Assembly (NCBI GenBank): GCA_045542755.1
Contig: JAZQLP010000013.1
Location: 1-56,993, forward strand
Origin: Eubacteriales bacterium
GTDB lineage: Bacteria; Bacillota; Clostridia; Oscillospirales; UBA644
DNA length: 56,993 nt
Direction of reading: 5' to 3'
Shown here piece after piece: positions 9,561 to 19,001 of the stretch (position 1 is its first letter; each line of letters opens with the position of its first letter). A model generated the notes under the pieces. The model was not told the origin of the DNA. It worked only from the letters and a program-made list of their open reading frames with translations, and ran no database searches. A program made the position numbers and the translations under genes.

Positions 9561-9707
9561 AATAAAAAACACGGGAAGAAGGTGTTAGCGTGAAAGATAC
9601 GCTGCACCGTTGAGATATGGTGCGTTCTTCACGCTTAAATTAAATCTTTTCTTCGAAAATCTTTAATTTGTTTTTGAGTTACCGCAGGCGGTGAATGGAG
9701 AAATTTT

Positions 9708-10454
9708 ATGGGAAAAGTTATATTAATGGCTTCCGGTAAAGGCGGTGTGGGAAAAACCACCCTTTGCGCCAATATTGCGGCTTGTCTTGCAGGCTTTGGC
9801 AAGAGGGTATTGCTTTTGGATGCCGATATCCGACTGAGGAATCTTGATATTTGTCTGGGACTTTGCAATGCTGGACTTTTTGATATACAAGACCTTTGTC
9901 TTGGAAGATGCGATCACGAAACGGCGGTAGTCGTTCACGAGCTTTATCCCAATCTCCATTTTGTTCCCGGCCCGGGAAGACTCACCGTTTCTCCCGACGA
10001 CCTTATGGACTTTATTGGTAAATACGCTACCGAGCAGGCCAAGGATTACGATTTTGTATTTATTGATTGCCCTTCGGGTATTGAAGACAGTCTGATAAAG
10101 ATATTCCATCCCGGAGTGTTTATGCTTCTCGTTGCAAATCCCGATGCGGCTTCCGTAAGAGATGCTGAAAGAACTGCAGAGATAGCTTATGCAAAAAAGG
10201 TCGAGTCCAGGTTGATAGTTAATAGAATACGTCCTGCCCTGATGAAGAAGGGATTGGCTCCCAACGTGGATGATATTATAGACAACTCCTGTGTTCGACT
10301 TATAGGTATAGTCCCTGAGGATATACGCATAACAGTTAACGCGCCTAACGGCGTTCTTCTTCGTCAACTTCGCAAGGCGAGAAGCCTGAGAGCTGTGGAA
10401 AACATAGCAATGCGTCTTTGTGGCGAAGACGTAGCCCTTTACATATTTAAATAG
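9708..10454 (+). CDS. minD: MinD/ParA-family ATPase (MinD-like, no C-terminal membrane-targeting helix)
   Basis: Deviant Walker A SGKGGVGKTT, DADIRLRNLD switch region, colinear with MinD throughout. It ends at ...GEDVALYIFK, where MinD normally continues into an amphipathic helix. Confidence 0.8.
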   Translation: MGKVILMASGKGGVGKTTLCANIAACLAGFGKRVLLLDADIRLRNLDICLGLCNAGLFDIQDLCLGRCDHETAVVVHELYPNLHFVPGPGRLTVSPDDLMDFIGKYATEQAKDYDFVFIDCPSGIEDSLIKIFHPGVFMLLVANPDAASVRDAERTAEIAYAKKVESRLIVNRIRPALMKKGLAPNVDDIIDNSCVRLIGIVPEDIRITVNAPNGVLLRQLRKARSLRAVENIAMRLCGEDVALYIFK

Positions 10455-10474
10455 GACAGAAAGGAAAGAAAGGT

Positions 10475-10894
10475 ATGAATATAGCGATTATTGCTCACGA
10501 TCAAAAAAAAGAGCTTTTGGTACAGTTTTGTATGGTTAACTGCGCTACACTATCAAAGCATTCCCTCCTGTCCACGGCCACTACCGGTAAGTTTGTTTCA
10601 GGGCTTACGGGATTGAAGTTTGAGCTGTTTTTAAGCGGAAATAGTGGAGGCATGGAGCAGATAGGTTCAAAAATTGCCTATAACGAGGTGGACTTGCTTC
10701 TGTTTTTCCGTGATCCCACCATTATAAACGATCCCGAGGGCATAGGCCTTTTAAGACTGTGCGATATGCACAACGTTCCCGTTGCCACCAATATAACCAC
10801 GGCGGAGATAATGATGAAGGCTTTGGAAACCAAAGCTATAAAGAGCCGAGCAAACTCTGCTCCCTATGAAAATCCGGAGCTTGAAAGACTGTAA
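10475..10894 (+). CDS. mgsA: methylglyoxal synthase-like protein
   Basis: IAHDQKK, ATTGK, SGNSGG and FFRDP motifs are colinear with MgsA. The PH(E/D)PD segment is replaced by a shorter NDPEG. Confidence 0.72.
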   Translation: MNIAIIAHDQKKELLVQFCMVNCATLSKHSLLSTATTGKFVSGLTGLKFELFLSGNSGGMEQIGSKIAYNEVDLLLFFRDPTIINDPEGIGLLRLCDMHNVPVATNITTAEIMMKALETKAIKSRANSAPYENPELERL

Positions 10895-10933
10895 AACACA
10901 ACTTATATATTAACTAACGAAAGGTTGAATATT

Positions 10934-12181
10934 ATGCCTGAGATAAAGGCGCCGAGAGGTACAGTTGATGTCCTCTCTGACCAGAGCTACAAATGGCAGT
11001 ACGTTGAAAAGGTTGCAGCCGCCACTGCCATGAAATTCGGTTGCAGGGAAGTAAGATTTCCCACTTTTGAGGACACCAATCTCTTCCAGAGAGGCGTTGG
11101 TGATACTACCGACATCGTTCAGAAGGAAATGTATACCTTTGAGGATAAGGGCGGACGTTCCGTAACCCTTCGCCCCGAGGGTACTGCCAGTGTGGTAAGA
11201 CAGTGCTCCGAGCACGGTCTTTTCGGCGGCCTTATGCCCCTTAAGCTGTTTTATTTCATTTCCGCATTCAGATATGAAAAACCCCAGGCGGGCAGATTCC
11301 GTGAGTTCCACCAGTTTGGCGTTGAGGTTTTCGGACCTTCCGACCCCAATGCAGACGTTGAGATTATTACTCTTGCAGATTCTTTCCTTAAAGAGCTTGG
11401 AATTAAGGCTAATCTTTACGTTAACTCCATAGGCTGTCCCACCTGCAGAAAGAGATATCAGGAAGCTCTGAAGGAATATTTTGAGTCAAAGAAGGATGAC
11501 CTTTGTGAAACCTGCAAGGGGCGTCTTGAAAGAAACCCCATGAGAATTCTGGACTGTAAGAGTCCCGTTTGTCAGGGAATAGGCGAAAACGCTCCCCTTA
11601 TTACCGACTTCCTTTGTGAAGAGTGTGAGGCTCATTATAACGTGCTTCAGAAAGAGCTTACCGCCGGCGGAATATCCTTTACAAAGGATCCCCGTATAGT
11701 AAGAGGTCTTGACTATTATACGAAGACCGTATTTGAGTTTAAGGATCCCGTTAACGGTCTTGCAATCCTCGCAGGCGGACGTTACGACGGTCTTGTTAAG
11801 GAAATAGACGGCAAGGCAAACGTTTGTGGACTTGGCTTTGCTTCGGGTATGGAAAGACTCGTTTCCACCATGGAAAGGGAAGGGCTCTCCTTCGGTGAAG
11901 AACCCAGACCCAAGGCATTTATCGCCTCTATCGGCGAAAAGGGTGCCGCTGAAGCGAGACGTCTTGTTTACGCTCTCCGTAAAAACGGCATCTTTGCAGA
12001 GTTTGATATAATGGGTCGTTCTTTGAAAGCTCAGATGAAGTATGCCGATAAAATAGGCGCTGCTTATACTGCAGTTCTCGGTGATAACGAGGTTGATAAC
12101 GGTAAGACCGTTCTTAAAAACATGACCACCGGTGAGCAGGCAGATATAACTCTTGCAGACCTTGCGGAAGGTAATTTTTAA
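10934..12181 (+). CDS. hisS: histidine--tRNA ligase
   Basis: Class II motifs: FRYEKPQAGRFREFHQFG (motif 2) and GGRYDGL (motif 3), plus the HisRS anticodon-binding C-terminus. ATG 10934 preferred over TTG 10925. Confidence 0.95.
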   Translation: MPEIKAPRGTVDVLSDQSYKWQYVEKVAAATAMKFGCREVRFPTFEDTNLFQRGVGDTTDIVQKEMYTFEDKGGRSVTLRPEGTASVVRQCSEHGLFGGLMPLKLFYFISAFRYEKPQAGRFREFHQFGVEVFGPSDPNADVEIITLADSFLKELGIKANLYVNSIGCPTCRKRYQEALKEYFESKKDDLCETCKGRLERNPMRILDCKSPVCQGIGENAPLITDFLCEECEAHYNVLQKELTAGGISFTKDPRIVRGLDYYTKTVFEFKDPVNGLAILAGGRYDGLVKEIDGKANVCGLGFASGMERLVSTMEREGLSFGEEPRPKAFIASIGEKGAAEARRLVYALRKNGIFAEFDIMGRSLKAQMKYADKIGAAYTAVLGDNEVDNGKTVLKNMTTGEQADITLADLAEGNF

Positions 12182-12251
12182 TACCAAGTTATCGGCAAAA
12201 AACAATATTTTGATACGATTATAAATTAAAATGAAAGAAAGGTTATTTGAT

Positions 12252-14045
12252 ATGGCAGAGTTTTTGACCGCAGAAGACAAAAGATCTTGTTATTGCGCAG
12301 AAATAAGCGAGTTCGATATAGGCAATGAAGTTTGCGTTATGGGTTGGGTTCAGAGACAGAGAGACCTGGGTGCCCTTATATTTATAGATCTCCGTGACCG
12401 TACCGGTATAGTGCAGCTTGCATTTGACGGTGAGACCGATAAGGAAGTTTTTGAAAAGGCATTCTCCTGCAGAGCAGAGTACGTTCTTGCCGTTCACGGT
12501 ACCGTACGTCCCAGAGGAGAGGCTGCTATTAACCCTAATATTCCTACCGGTAAGGTTGAGATATACGTTAAGAGCATGAAGATCCTTTCCGCTGCACAGA
12601 CCCCTCCCTTTGAAGTAAACGATGCAAAGAGAGTTAAGGATGAAACTGCTCTTAAGTACCGTTACGTTGACCTTCGCCGTCCCGAGCTCCAGAGAAATAT
12701 AAAGATGCGTCACGACATCGCCCGTGTTGCCCGCCAGTATTATTACGAAAACGGATTTTACGAGATTGAAACTCCCATGATGATAAAGGCTACCCCCGAA
12801 GGTGCCCGCGACTATCTCGTTCCTTCCAGAATACACAAGGGAAGCTTCTACGCCCTTCCCCAATCTCCCCAGATATACAAGCAGCTTTTAATGCTTTCGG
12901 GCTTTGACCGTTATATCCAGCTTGCCCGTTGCTTCCGCGACGAGGACCTTCGTGCTGACCGTCAGCCTGAATTTACCCAGATAGACCTTGAGATGTCATT
13001 CGCTACTCAGGAGGATATTATGGCTATGAACGAGGGCTTTATCAAGAGAGTTTTCAAGGAAGTCCTTGACGTTGATATTCCTACCCCCATGCAGAGACTT
13101 ACCTTTGCAGAGGCTATGGAAAGATACGGCTCCGACAAGCCCGATACCCGTTTCGGTATGGAAATAACCGACCTTTCCGAAACTGTTAAAAACAGCCAGT
13201 TCGTAGTATTCAAGTCCGCTATTGAAAACGGCGGAAGTGTAAGAGCAATTCTTGCAAAGAATGCTGCTTCTATCCTTACAAGAAAAGAAATAGATAAGCT
13301 TACCGAACATGCAAAGGGTATTGGCGCAAAGGGCCTTGCCTACGTTCGTTGGGCTGATGAAGCTCCCAACTGCTCCTTTGCTAAATTCATGACTCCCGAA
13401 GAGCTCGAGGCTATCTATGCAGTAACCGGCTTTGAAAAGGGCGACGTTCTTCTTATCTGCGCTGATAAGGATAAGGTGGTTCTTCCCACCCTCGGTGCTC
13501 TCCGTACCATCCTTGGCAAGAAGCTTGAGCTTGTTGGTCCCAATAAATTCAACTTCCTTTGGATCACCGAGTTCCCCTTCTTTGAATGGAACGAAGATAC
13601 CCAGCATTGGGATGCTATGCATCATCCCTTTACCATGCCCCTTGAAGAGTGCCTGCCTTATCTTGAAAGCGACCCTGGTCAGGTAAGAGCAAAGTGCTAC
13701 GATATGGTACTTAACGGTACCGAGCTTCTTTCCGGCTCTATCCGTATTACCGACTGGCAGCTTCAGGAAAAGATGTTCAAGGCTCTCGGCCTGACTCCCG
13801 AAGAGATTCAGACCAAGTTCGGATTCCTTGTTGATGCGTATAAGTACGGCGCTCCTCCTCACGGCGGTTCCGGTATGGGACTTGACCGTTTGGCAATGGT
13901 AATGACCGGCGCAGACAGCCTTCGTGACGTTGTGGCCTTCCCCAAGGTGCAGAATGCATCCGAGCTTATGTCCAGCTGTCCTGCAAAGGTTGACGAAAAG
14001 CAGCTCAGCGAGCTCCATATCAAGTTAGATATAAAAGAAGACTAA
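12252..14045 (+). CDS. aspS: aspartate--tRNA ligase
   Basis: OB-fold N-terminus, FRDEDLRADRQPEFTQID (motif 2), GGSGMGLDRL (motif 3). ATG 12252 has an AAAGG SD; ATG 12231 does not. Confidence 0.95.
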   Translation: MAEFLTAEDKRSCYCAEISEFDIGNEVCVMGWVQRQRDLGALIFIDLRDRTGIVQLAFDGETDKEVFEKAFSCRAEYVLAVHGTVRPRGEAAINPNIPTGKVEIYVKSMKILSAAQTPPFEVNDAKRVKDETALKYRYVDLRRPELQRNIKMRHDIARVARQYYYENGFYEIETPMMIKATPEGARDYLVPSRIHKGSFYALPQSPQIYKQLLMLSGFDRYIQLARCFRDEDLRADRQPEFTQIDLEMSFATQEDIMAMNEGFIKRVFKEVLDVDIPTPMQRLTFAEAMERYGSDKPDTRFGMEITDLSETVKNSQFVVFKSAIENGGSVRAILAKNAASILTRKEIDKLTEHAKGIGAKGLAYVRWADEAPNCSFAKFMTPEELEAIYAVTGFEKGDVLLICADKDKVVLPTLGALRTILGKKLELVGPNKFNFLWITEFPFFEWNEDTQHWDAMHHPFTMPLEECLPYLESDPGQVRAKCYDMVLNGTELLSGSIRITDWQLQEKMFKALGLTPEEIQTKFGFLVDAYKYGAPPHGGSGMGLDRLAMVMTGADSLRDVVAFPKVQNASELMSSCPAKVDEKQLSELHIKLDIKED

Positions 14046-14071
14046 TATATACTCCATGAGGTAAAATTACT

Positions 14072-15100
14072 ATGATTGAAGCAAAGTCTTTGACAAAACG
14101 CTTCGGAAAGAAAACGGCGGTTGACGATATATCCTTTACCATAAACCGTGGTGAAATAGTTGGACTTCTGGGCCCTAACGGGGCCGGAAAATCCACCACT
14201 ATGAGCATGATAACGGGATATTTGTCATCTACGTCAGGTACAGTTACGGTTGGAGGGTACGATATCCTTGAGCAGCCTGAAAAGGCAAAGGCTCTTATGG
14301 GGTATCTCCCTGAAATTCCCCCGCTGTATACGGACATGACCGTAAAGGAATATCTTAATTTCGTTTACGATTTGAAGAAGTGCAAACTGAATAGAAAAAG
14401 ACATCTTGCCGAGATCTGCGACGTAGTAAAAATTACCGACGTTTACGGCAGACTCATAAAGAACCTCTCCAAAGGCTACCGACAGAGAGTGGGACTTGCT
14501 CAGGCACTTATAGGTGACCCTCAGGTTCTTATTCTTGACGAGCCTACTGTAGGCCTTGACCCCAAGGAAATAGTTGAAATACGCAATCTTATAAAACGCC
14601 TCGGTACCCAACGCACAGTAATCCTGTCTTCCCACATTCTGTCGGAGGTTCAGGCCGTGTGTGAGCGAGTTATCATAATGAACAGCGGCGTGATCGTAAT
14701 GGACGCCCTTACCGAGGATCTTGCCATGGCAGTTGGTAAATACAATCGCTACGGCATAAGACTTGCCGCCCCTGAAAATGAAGTGGTTCCCGTACTCAGC
14801 CGTCTCCCCGGAGTTAAAAAGGTTGAATACGTTGGATCCTTTGAAAAGGGCACCGTTGATATTATTCTCGAATCGGATAAAAAGGTGGATATTCGAAAGA
14901 TACTCTTTGAAGAATGTGCAAAGAGAAATTGGTATATTCTTATGATAACGCCTCTCGGTCTTTCTCTCGAGGATATATTCATTCAGCTTACCTCAAAGCA
15001 GGATGAAGTTCAGCGCCTGCAGGGTGAGACTGATGCTTCCGACACTGACTCTCAGCCTTCCGTTGAGGTTATTGAAACTGAAGAAGGAGGGGATGAGTAA
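14072..15100 (+). CDS. ABC transporter ATP-binding protein (ABC-2 type) with acidic C-terminal tail
   Basis: Walker A GPNGAGKST, signature LSKGYRQRV, Walker B LILDEPT. Tail reads ETDASDTDSQPSVEVIETEEGGDE. Confidence 0.9.
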   Translation: MIEAKSLTKRFGKKTAVDDISFTINRGEIVGLLGPNGAGKSTTMSMITGYLSSTSGTVTVGGYDILEQPEKAKALMGYLPEIPPLYTDMTVKEYLNFVYDLKKCKLNRKRHLAEICDVVKITDVYGRLIKNLSKGYRQRVGLAQALIGDPQVLILDEPTVGLDPKEIVEIRNLIKRLGTQRTVILSSHILSEVQAVCERVIIMNSGVIVMDALTEDLAMAVGKYNRYGIRLAAPENEVVPVLSRLPGVKKVEYVGSFEKGTVDIILESDKKVDIRKILFEECAKRNWYILMITPLGLSLEDIFIQLTSKQDEVQRLQGETDASDTDSQPSVEVIETEEGGDE

Positions 15101-15804
15101 TGTGGGCAGTTGCTAAAAGAGAATATATCTCCTTTTTCAAAAATCCTATAGGTTATTTTCTCCTTTCAATTTACGGAGTGCTTTCAGCCATAGTGTTTTC
15201 TCTTTTCGTTTTATGGAAAAACACAAGCTACCTGGGTGAATATTTCGGATTTTATCTTATTTTTGTGGATATTGCCGTTATTTCCGTTATGGCAATGAGG
15301 TTTTTCTCCGAAGATAAAAAGCTTAAAACCGAGCAGCTTTTGCTTACGGTTCCCACCTCTGTTCCCAAACTGGTAATGGGCAGATTTATAGGCGCTATGT
15401 TGGTTTTCTGGACAGCAAGCCTTATTAATCTCATATATATCGTAGTCGTTGATATTTTCGGTAATCTCGATTACGGTGCGCTGTTTACCAACTTTGTGGG
15501 CTCAATCCTTCTTACGGGAACTATGATGGCCATTGCAATATTTATTTCGGCCGTTACCGAAAGTCCCATAGCTTCTGCGGCAGGTACTCTGGCCACATTG
15601 TTCGGCCTTATGGTTATAGACTTTTTTGCTATGTTTATGCCAAGCTGGCTGGGCAAAATACTGATGAAGCTTACAATTTACTCTTATTACGACGATTTTA
15701 CAAACGGTATACTGAACCTGGTTCCCATAGTGTACTATATCAGTATTACGGCAGTTATGCTGTTCCTTACCGTGCGTATGATAGAAAAACGCCGTTGGAG
15801 CTGA
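15100..15804 (+). CDS. ABC-2 family transporter permease
   Basis: About 6 predicted TM helices. Its start shares one base with the ATPase stop (TAATG). Confidence 0.75.
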   Translation: MWAVAKREYISFFKNPIGYFLLSIYGVLSAIVFSLFVLWKNTSYLGEYFGFYLIFVDIAVISVMAMRFFSEDKKLKTEQLLLTVPTSVPKLVMGRFIGAMLVFWTASLINLIYIVVVDIFGNLDYGALFTNFVGSILLTGTMMAIAIFISAVTESPIASAAGTLATLFGLMVIDFFAMFMPSWLGKILMKLTIYSYYDDFTNGILNLVPIVYYISITAVMLFLTVRMIEKRRWS

Positions 15805-15808
15805 GGAG

Positions 15809-17383
15809 GTGACGGATATGCAAGAACCCGCAAAACTCACAGCTGCAAAGACTGTAGAGAATAAGCAACCAAAGAAAAATAAAATATCCGTCCGTAAGCT
15901 CAAGTACGGAACCCTTGCCACAGTTATGACGGCGGTCTTCGTTGCCGTTGCCATTCTTGTAAACGTGGTGGTCGGTCTTGCGGCGGAAAAGATAGATCTT
16001 ACTGTGGATTATACCGAAGAGCAGGTATATACCCTCTGTGAAGAGACTCTTGCGTTTTTGCAGGAGATGCCCTCAACCGCAGAAATCATAATATTGGGTG
16101 ATGAAACCGATTTTAGGTCAAAGGTTTCAAACGGAAATTCCATTTCACCCTATCAGTTTATAGTTCAGACCTCTGACAATTATGCTCGAGCTTCCGAAAA
16201 GATAACCGTGCATTACGTTGATCCCACTTATAATCCCGCCTTCTTTTCAAGTAGAGGTATCAACATAGACAACTCTTCGGGATCGTCCGTTTTTATGGTT
16301 ATTTACTGTCCCGAAACGCAGCGCAACCGTCAGATATACGATAATATATTCGACGACCTTCAGTACGTAGGTCTTGAAAGGCGAATGACCGGTGGTCTTT
16401 TGTATACCACAAAGGCGGATATACAGACCATAGCCGTGGTTACCGGACACGGGGAACAGCTTCCCGCCCAGTTCCAGACTCTGATGAAGGATAACGGCTT
16501 TGACGTAAAGACAATAAACCTTGCAGACCACGAATATATTCCCGATATAGTAGATATCCTTCTTATCATTAATCCCACCAGAACCTACAACACCGCCGAT
16601 ATTGAAAAGATAGATACCTTCTTGAGCAACGGCGAGCTTCTCGGTAAGCATCTTATGGTGTTTAGCGATCTTGATGCAGGGTCAAACCCCTTGTTGTACG
16701 AGTATTTGAGGGAATGGGGTATTGAATTTGGCACCGAGGCCATATTTGATACACAGCACAGCTATCATATATCCAATGCCTACGAGCCCTTCTTGAGACT
16801 CACCTATGAAAAGGACGCGTTGTTCTCCACTTTGCTTGAAGGTGAGTATTATCTCGACGTTCATTTGGGTAAGGCAAGAGCTGTGAACGCCTTGTTTGAG
16901 GCGGAAGACGGCATTGAAACCTATACTCTGGTAAAAACCTTTGATTCGGCTTTCAGCAGATTTATCGCAAACACCAATATATCTGCAAGTGAATACGGTA
17001 ATATTAAAAAGAAGGATACCGATACAGACGGCCCCTTCACCGTAATGCTCCTTTCCGCAAAGGCGAGATTTGAGGGCACGGACAGAATATCCTCAAACGT
17101 AATCGCCTGCGGTTCCACATCCTTTATGGACGACTACTATCTTTCCAACGTGGACGGCTCAAAACAGACCACATCCGAAAGTATGGTTGAGCTGGTTAAG
17201 TATCTGGTGTCCGCTACCGAGGATATTGATACCTCAATCCTTCCCAAGAGTTTGATTGCAGATTTCCTTAACTTTACTACCACTTACGAGGTAGTTCTGG
17301 TATTCCTCGGATTGACCTTCGGAGTTCCCGCTATCTTTGCCGTAATCGGTATAATCGTATACAGAAGGCGGAAATTCTTATGA
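15809..17383 (+). CDS. GldG-like ABC-transport auxiliary protein
   Basis: N-terminal and C-terminal TM helices flank a large extracytoplasmic domain. Gene order ATPase / ABC-2 permease / this gene is typical of GldG-family modules. Family assignment is by context and overall pattern only. Confidence 0.6.
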   Translation: MTDMQEPAKLTAAKTVENKQPKKNKISVRKLKYGTLATVMTAVFVAVAILVNVVVGLAAEKIDLTVDYTEEQVYTLCEETLAFLQEMPSTAEIIILGDETDFRSKVSNGNSISPYQFIVQTSDNYARASEKITVHYVDPTYNPAFFSSRGINIDNSSGSSVFMVIYCPETQRNRQIYDNIFDDLQYVGLERRMTGGLLYTTKADIQTIAVVTGHGEQLPAQFQTLMKDNGFDVKTINLADHEYIPDIVDILLIINPTRTYNTADIEKIDTFLSNGELLGKHLMVFSDLDAGSNPLLYEYLREWGIEFGTEAIFDTQHSYHISNAYEPFLRLTYEKDALFSTLLEGEYYLDVHLGKARAVNALFEAEDGIETYTLVKTFDSAFSRFIANTNISASEYGNIKKKDTDTDGPFTVMLLSAKARFEGTDRISSNVIACGSTSFMDDYYLSNVDGSKQTTSESMVELVKYLVSATEDIDTSILPKSLIADFLNFTTTYEVVLVFLGLTFGVPAIFAVIGIIVYRRRKFL

Positions 17384-18867
17384 CGAAATCAAAAATTATC
17401 GGAATGGTGGTAGGCCTTCTTGTGGTAATCGGTCTTGTGGGAGCAATGTGGTATATAAGCTCTCTTGAGGACCTTCCCCAAGAGCCCGACCCCGATACTC
17501 AAATAGATAACACTCACAAGGATGAGAAAAACGTTATCTTCTCCTGTGACGTTGCTGATTTGGATTCTTTAAGTATAAAGAATGAGCACGCCGAATATTC
17601 CGTTAAACGTAAGAGTGACGGCACGGTTTATATAGTAGGGAAGGAGAACGCTCCTTTGTTTCCCTATTCTTCGGCGGCGCTGTTTGAAAGTGTTAAGAAG
17701 ATAACCTGCACCCTAAATATTGAAAACGGGACGGAGAATCTTGCCGCATACGGTCTTGATGATCCTTCGGCTACCGTCACTGTGAACCTTAAGGACGGCA
17801 GTACTACCCTTTTCCATATAGGTAACGCCGAACCTACTGCAACCGGCTATTATATTTGTATGGACGGAAGTAAGGACGTGTATCTGGTCAACACCTTATA
17901 CGCGGAAAGATTCCTTAACGCCCCTGCAAATCTTTACGATAAAGATATAGCGGAATATTTTGCAGATGGGGAATTTGAATCCTTAAGTATTGATTATCAC
18001 GAAGGTGACGACATCTTCATTCGAACTACAAATGCAGAAGAAAATACCCTCATTCAGTTTATAACCGGATATGCAATCGAAACCCCCTTCTATTTTTCTG
18101 CGGATTCAGATACAATGCAGACTGTAATTGACTCTCTGCGTTCATTGGAGGCCGTAAGAGTGGTTTCAGATACCGTAAATGAGGATACCCTTTCTTCCTA
18201 CGGATTTGATTCTGCCGTGAAGGTTGCTCTTAAAGCTAACGTGAATACCACGTCTCCCACTCTTGAATCGGGACTAGAAAATCCTTTCTATAAGGCTACA
18301 ATGGACGGCAGTCCTTACCCCATAACCTTGACTTATCTGGTGGGTGGCAGTTCTGAGCAGGAGACATACGTTATGTATAACGATGCTCAGGTTATCTACG
18401 CTGTGGATAAATCTGCTTTTGAATTTGTTCAGTTCCCCTTGTATCAGTACTGTCAGAAGCTGGTAAGTATAGAATATATTACCAACCTTGAAAGTCTTAA
18501 GGTGGAGTTTGACGGTAAAGAATACCTTTTCACCGTGACCGACCCCGATGCGGGAGAGGATATGGTTGTTACCTATGGTGAAGAGTATCTTGACCAAGAT
18601 CTTTTCCGAAGCTTCTATAAGAGCATAATCAGCGTTACCCATAACGGTATCGAGCCTCGGCCAAACACCGAGCCCGCCATGAGGATAACCTACGGGCTGA
18701 TTAAGGGAGAGGACATTATCCTTGAGTTTCTGCCCTGCGAGGACAGCGACAGAAAGGTGTTCATATCCGTTAACGGAGAAGGACAGTTCGTCTGCTACAG
18801 AACCAAGGTCGACAAGATAAAGAACGACCTTCAAAAGCTGTTAAACGGCGAAGAAATTATTGGCTAA
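17380..18867 (+). CDS. membrane-anchored protein, DUF4340-like
   Basis: Single N-terminal TM helix, ATGA overlap with the preceding gene. This is the usual fourth gene of ABC-2/GldG modules. Family call is contextual. Confidence 0.5.
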   Translation: MTKSKIIGMVVGLLVVIGLVGAMWYISSLEDLPQEPDPDTQIDNTHKDEKNVIFSCDVADLDSLSIKNEHAEYSVKRKSDGTVYIVGKENAPLFPYSSAALFESVKKITCTLNIENGTENLAAYGLDDPSATVTVNLKDGSTTLFHIGNAEPTATGYYICMDGSKDVYLVNTLYAERFLNAPANLYDKDIAEYFADGEFESLSIDYHEGDDIFIRTTNAEENTLIQFITGYAIETPFYFSADSDTMQTVIDSLRSLEAVRVVSDTVNEDTLSSYGFDSAVKVALKANVNTTSPTLESGLENPFYKATMDGSPYPITLTYLVGGSSEQETYVMYNDAQVIYAVDKSAFEFVQFPLYQYCQKLVSIEYITNLESLKVEFDGKEYLFTVTDPDAGEDMVVTYGEEYLDQDLFRSFYKSIISVTHNGIEPRPNTEPAMRITYGLIKGEDIILEFLPCEDSDRKVFISVNGEGQFVCYRTKVDKIKNDLQKLLNGEEIIG

Positions 18868-19001
18868 CTTTTTTTAGAGTCTACCGAAAGGTAGTTTAGA
18901 TATGACGACAGCGCATCCCCGCTACGCTGCCGTTGGGTATTAATAGGGGAGAAAGGACGATCCTTAACAGTTTTTATTCAGTATAAGGATCAGGATGAGA
19001 A

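Noticed and set aside
9587-9635. Long imperfect hairpin (AGCGTGAAAG ... CTTCACGCT with an inner GCACC/GGTGC helix) between PBP2 and minD
   Set aside because: The structure is real in the sequence, but no U-tract follows it directly, so I cannot call it a terminator. It may be a processing or stability element.
10895-10933. Search for T-box leaders, riboswitches, tRNA, rRNA, CRISPR repeats, IS elements or integrases across all intergenic gaps
   Set aside because: No gap exceeds ~330 nt. None contains the T-box core, a cloverleaf-like tRNA arrangement, regularly spaced repeats or terminal inverted repeats. No ORF shows transposase or recombinase motifs.
11486-14018. Long antisense ORFs over hisS (11486-12280) and aspS (12243-12863, 12996-14018)
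   Set aside because: The hisS ORF (11486-12280) and the larger aspS ORF (12996-14018) were checked to be in phase with strongly supported synthetase genes, so they are codon-bias mirror frames. The 12243-12863 ORF was not phase-checked, but it also lies antisense to aspS. None has an SD or a meaningful motif.
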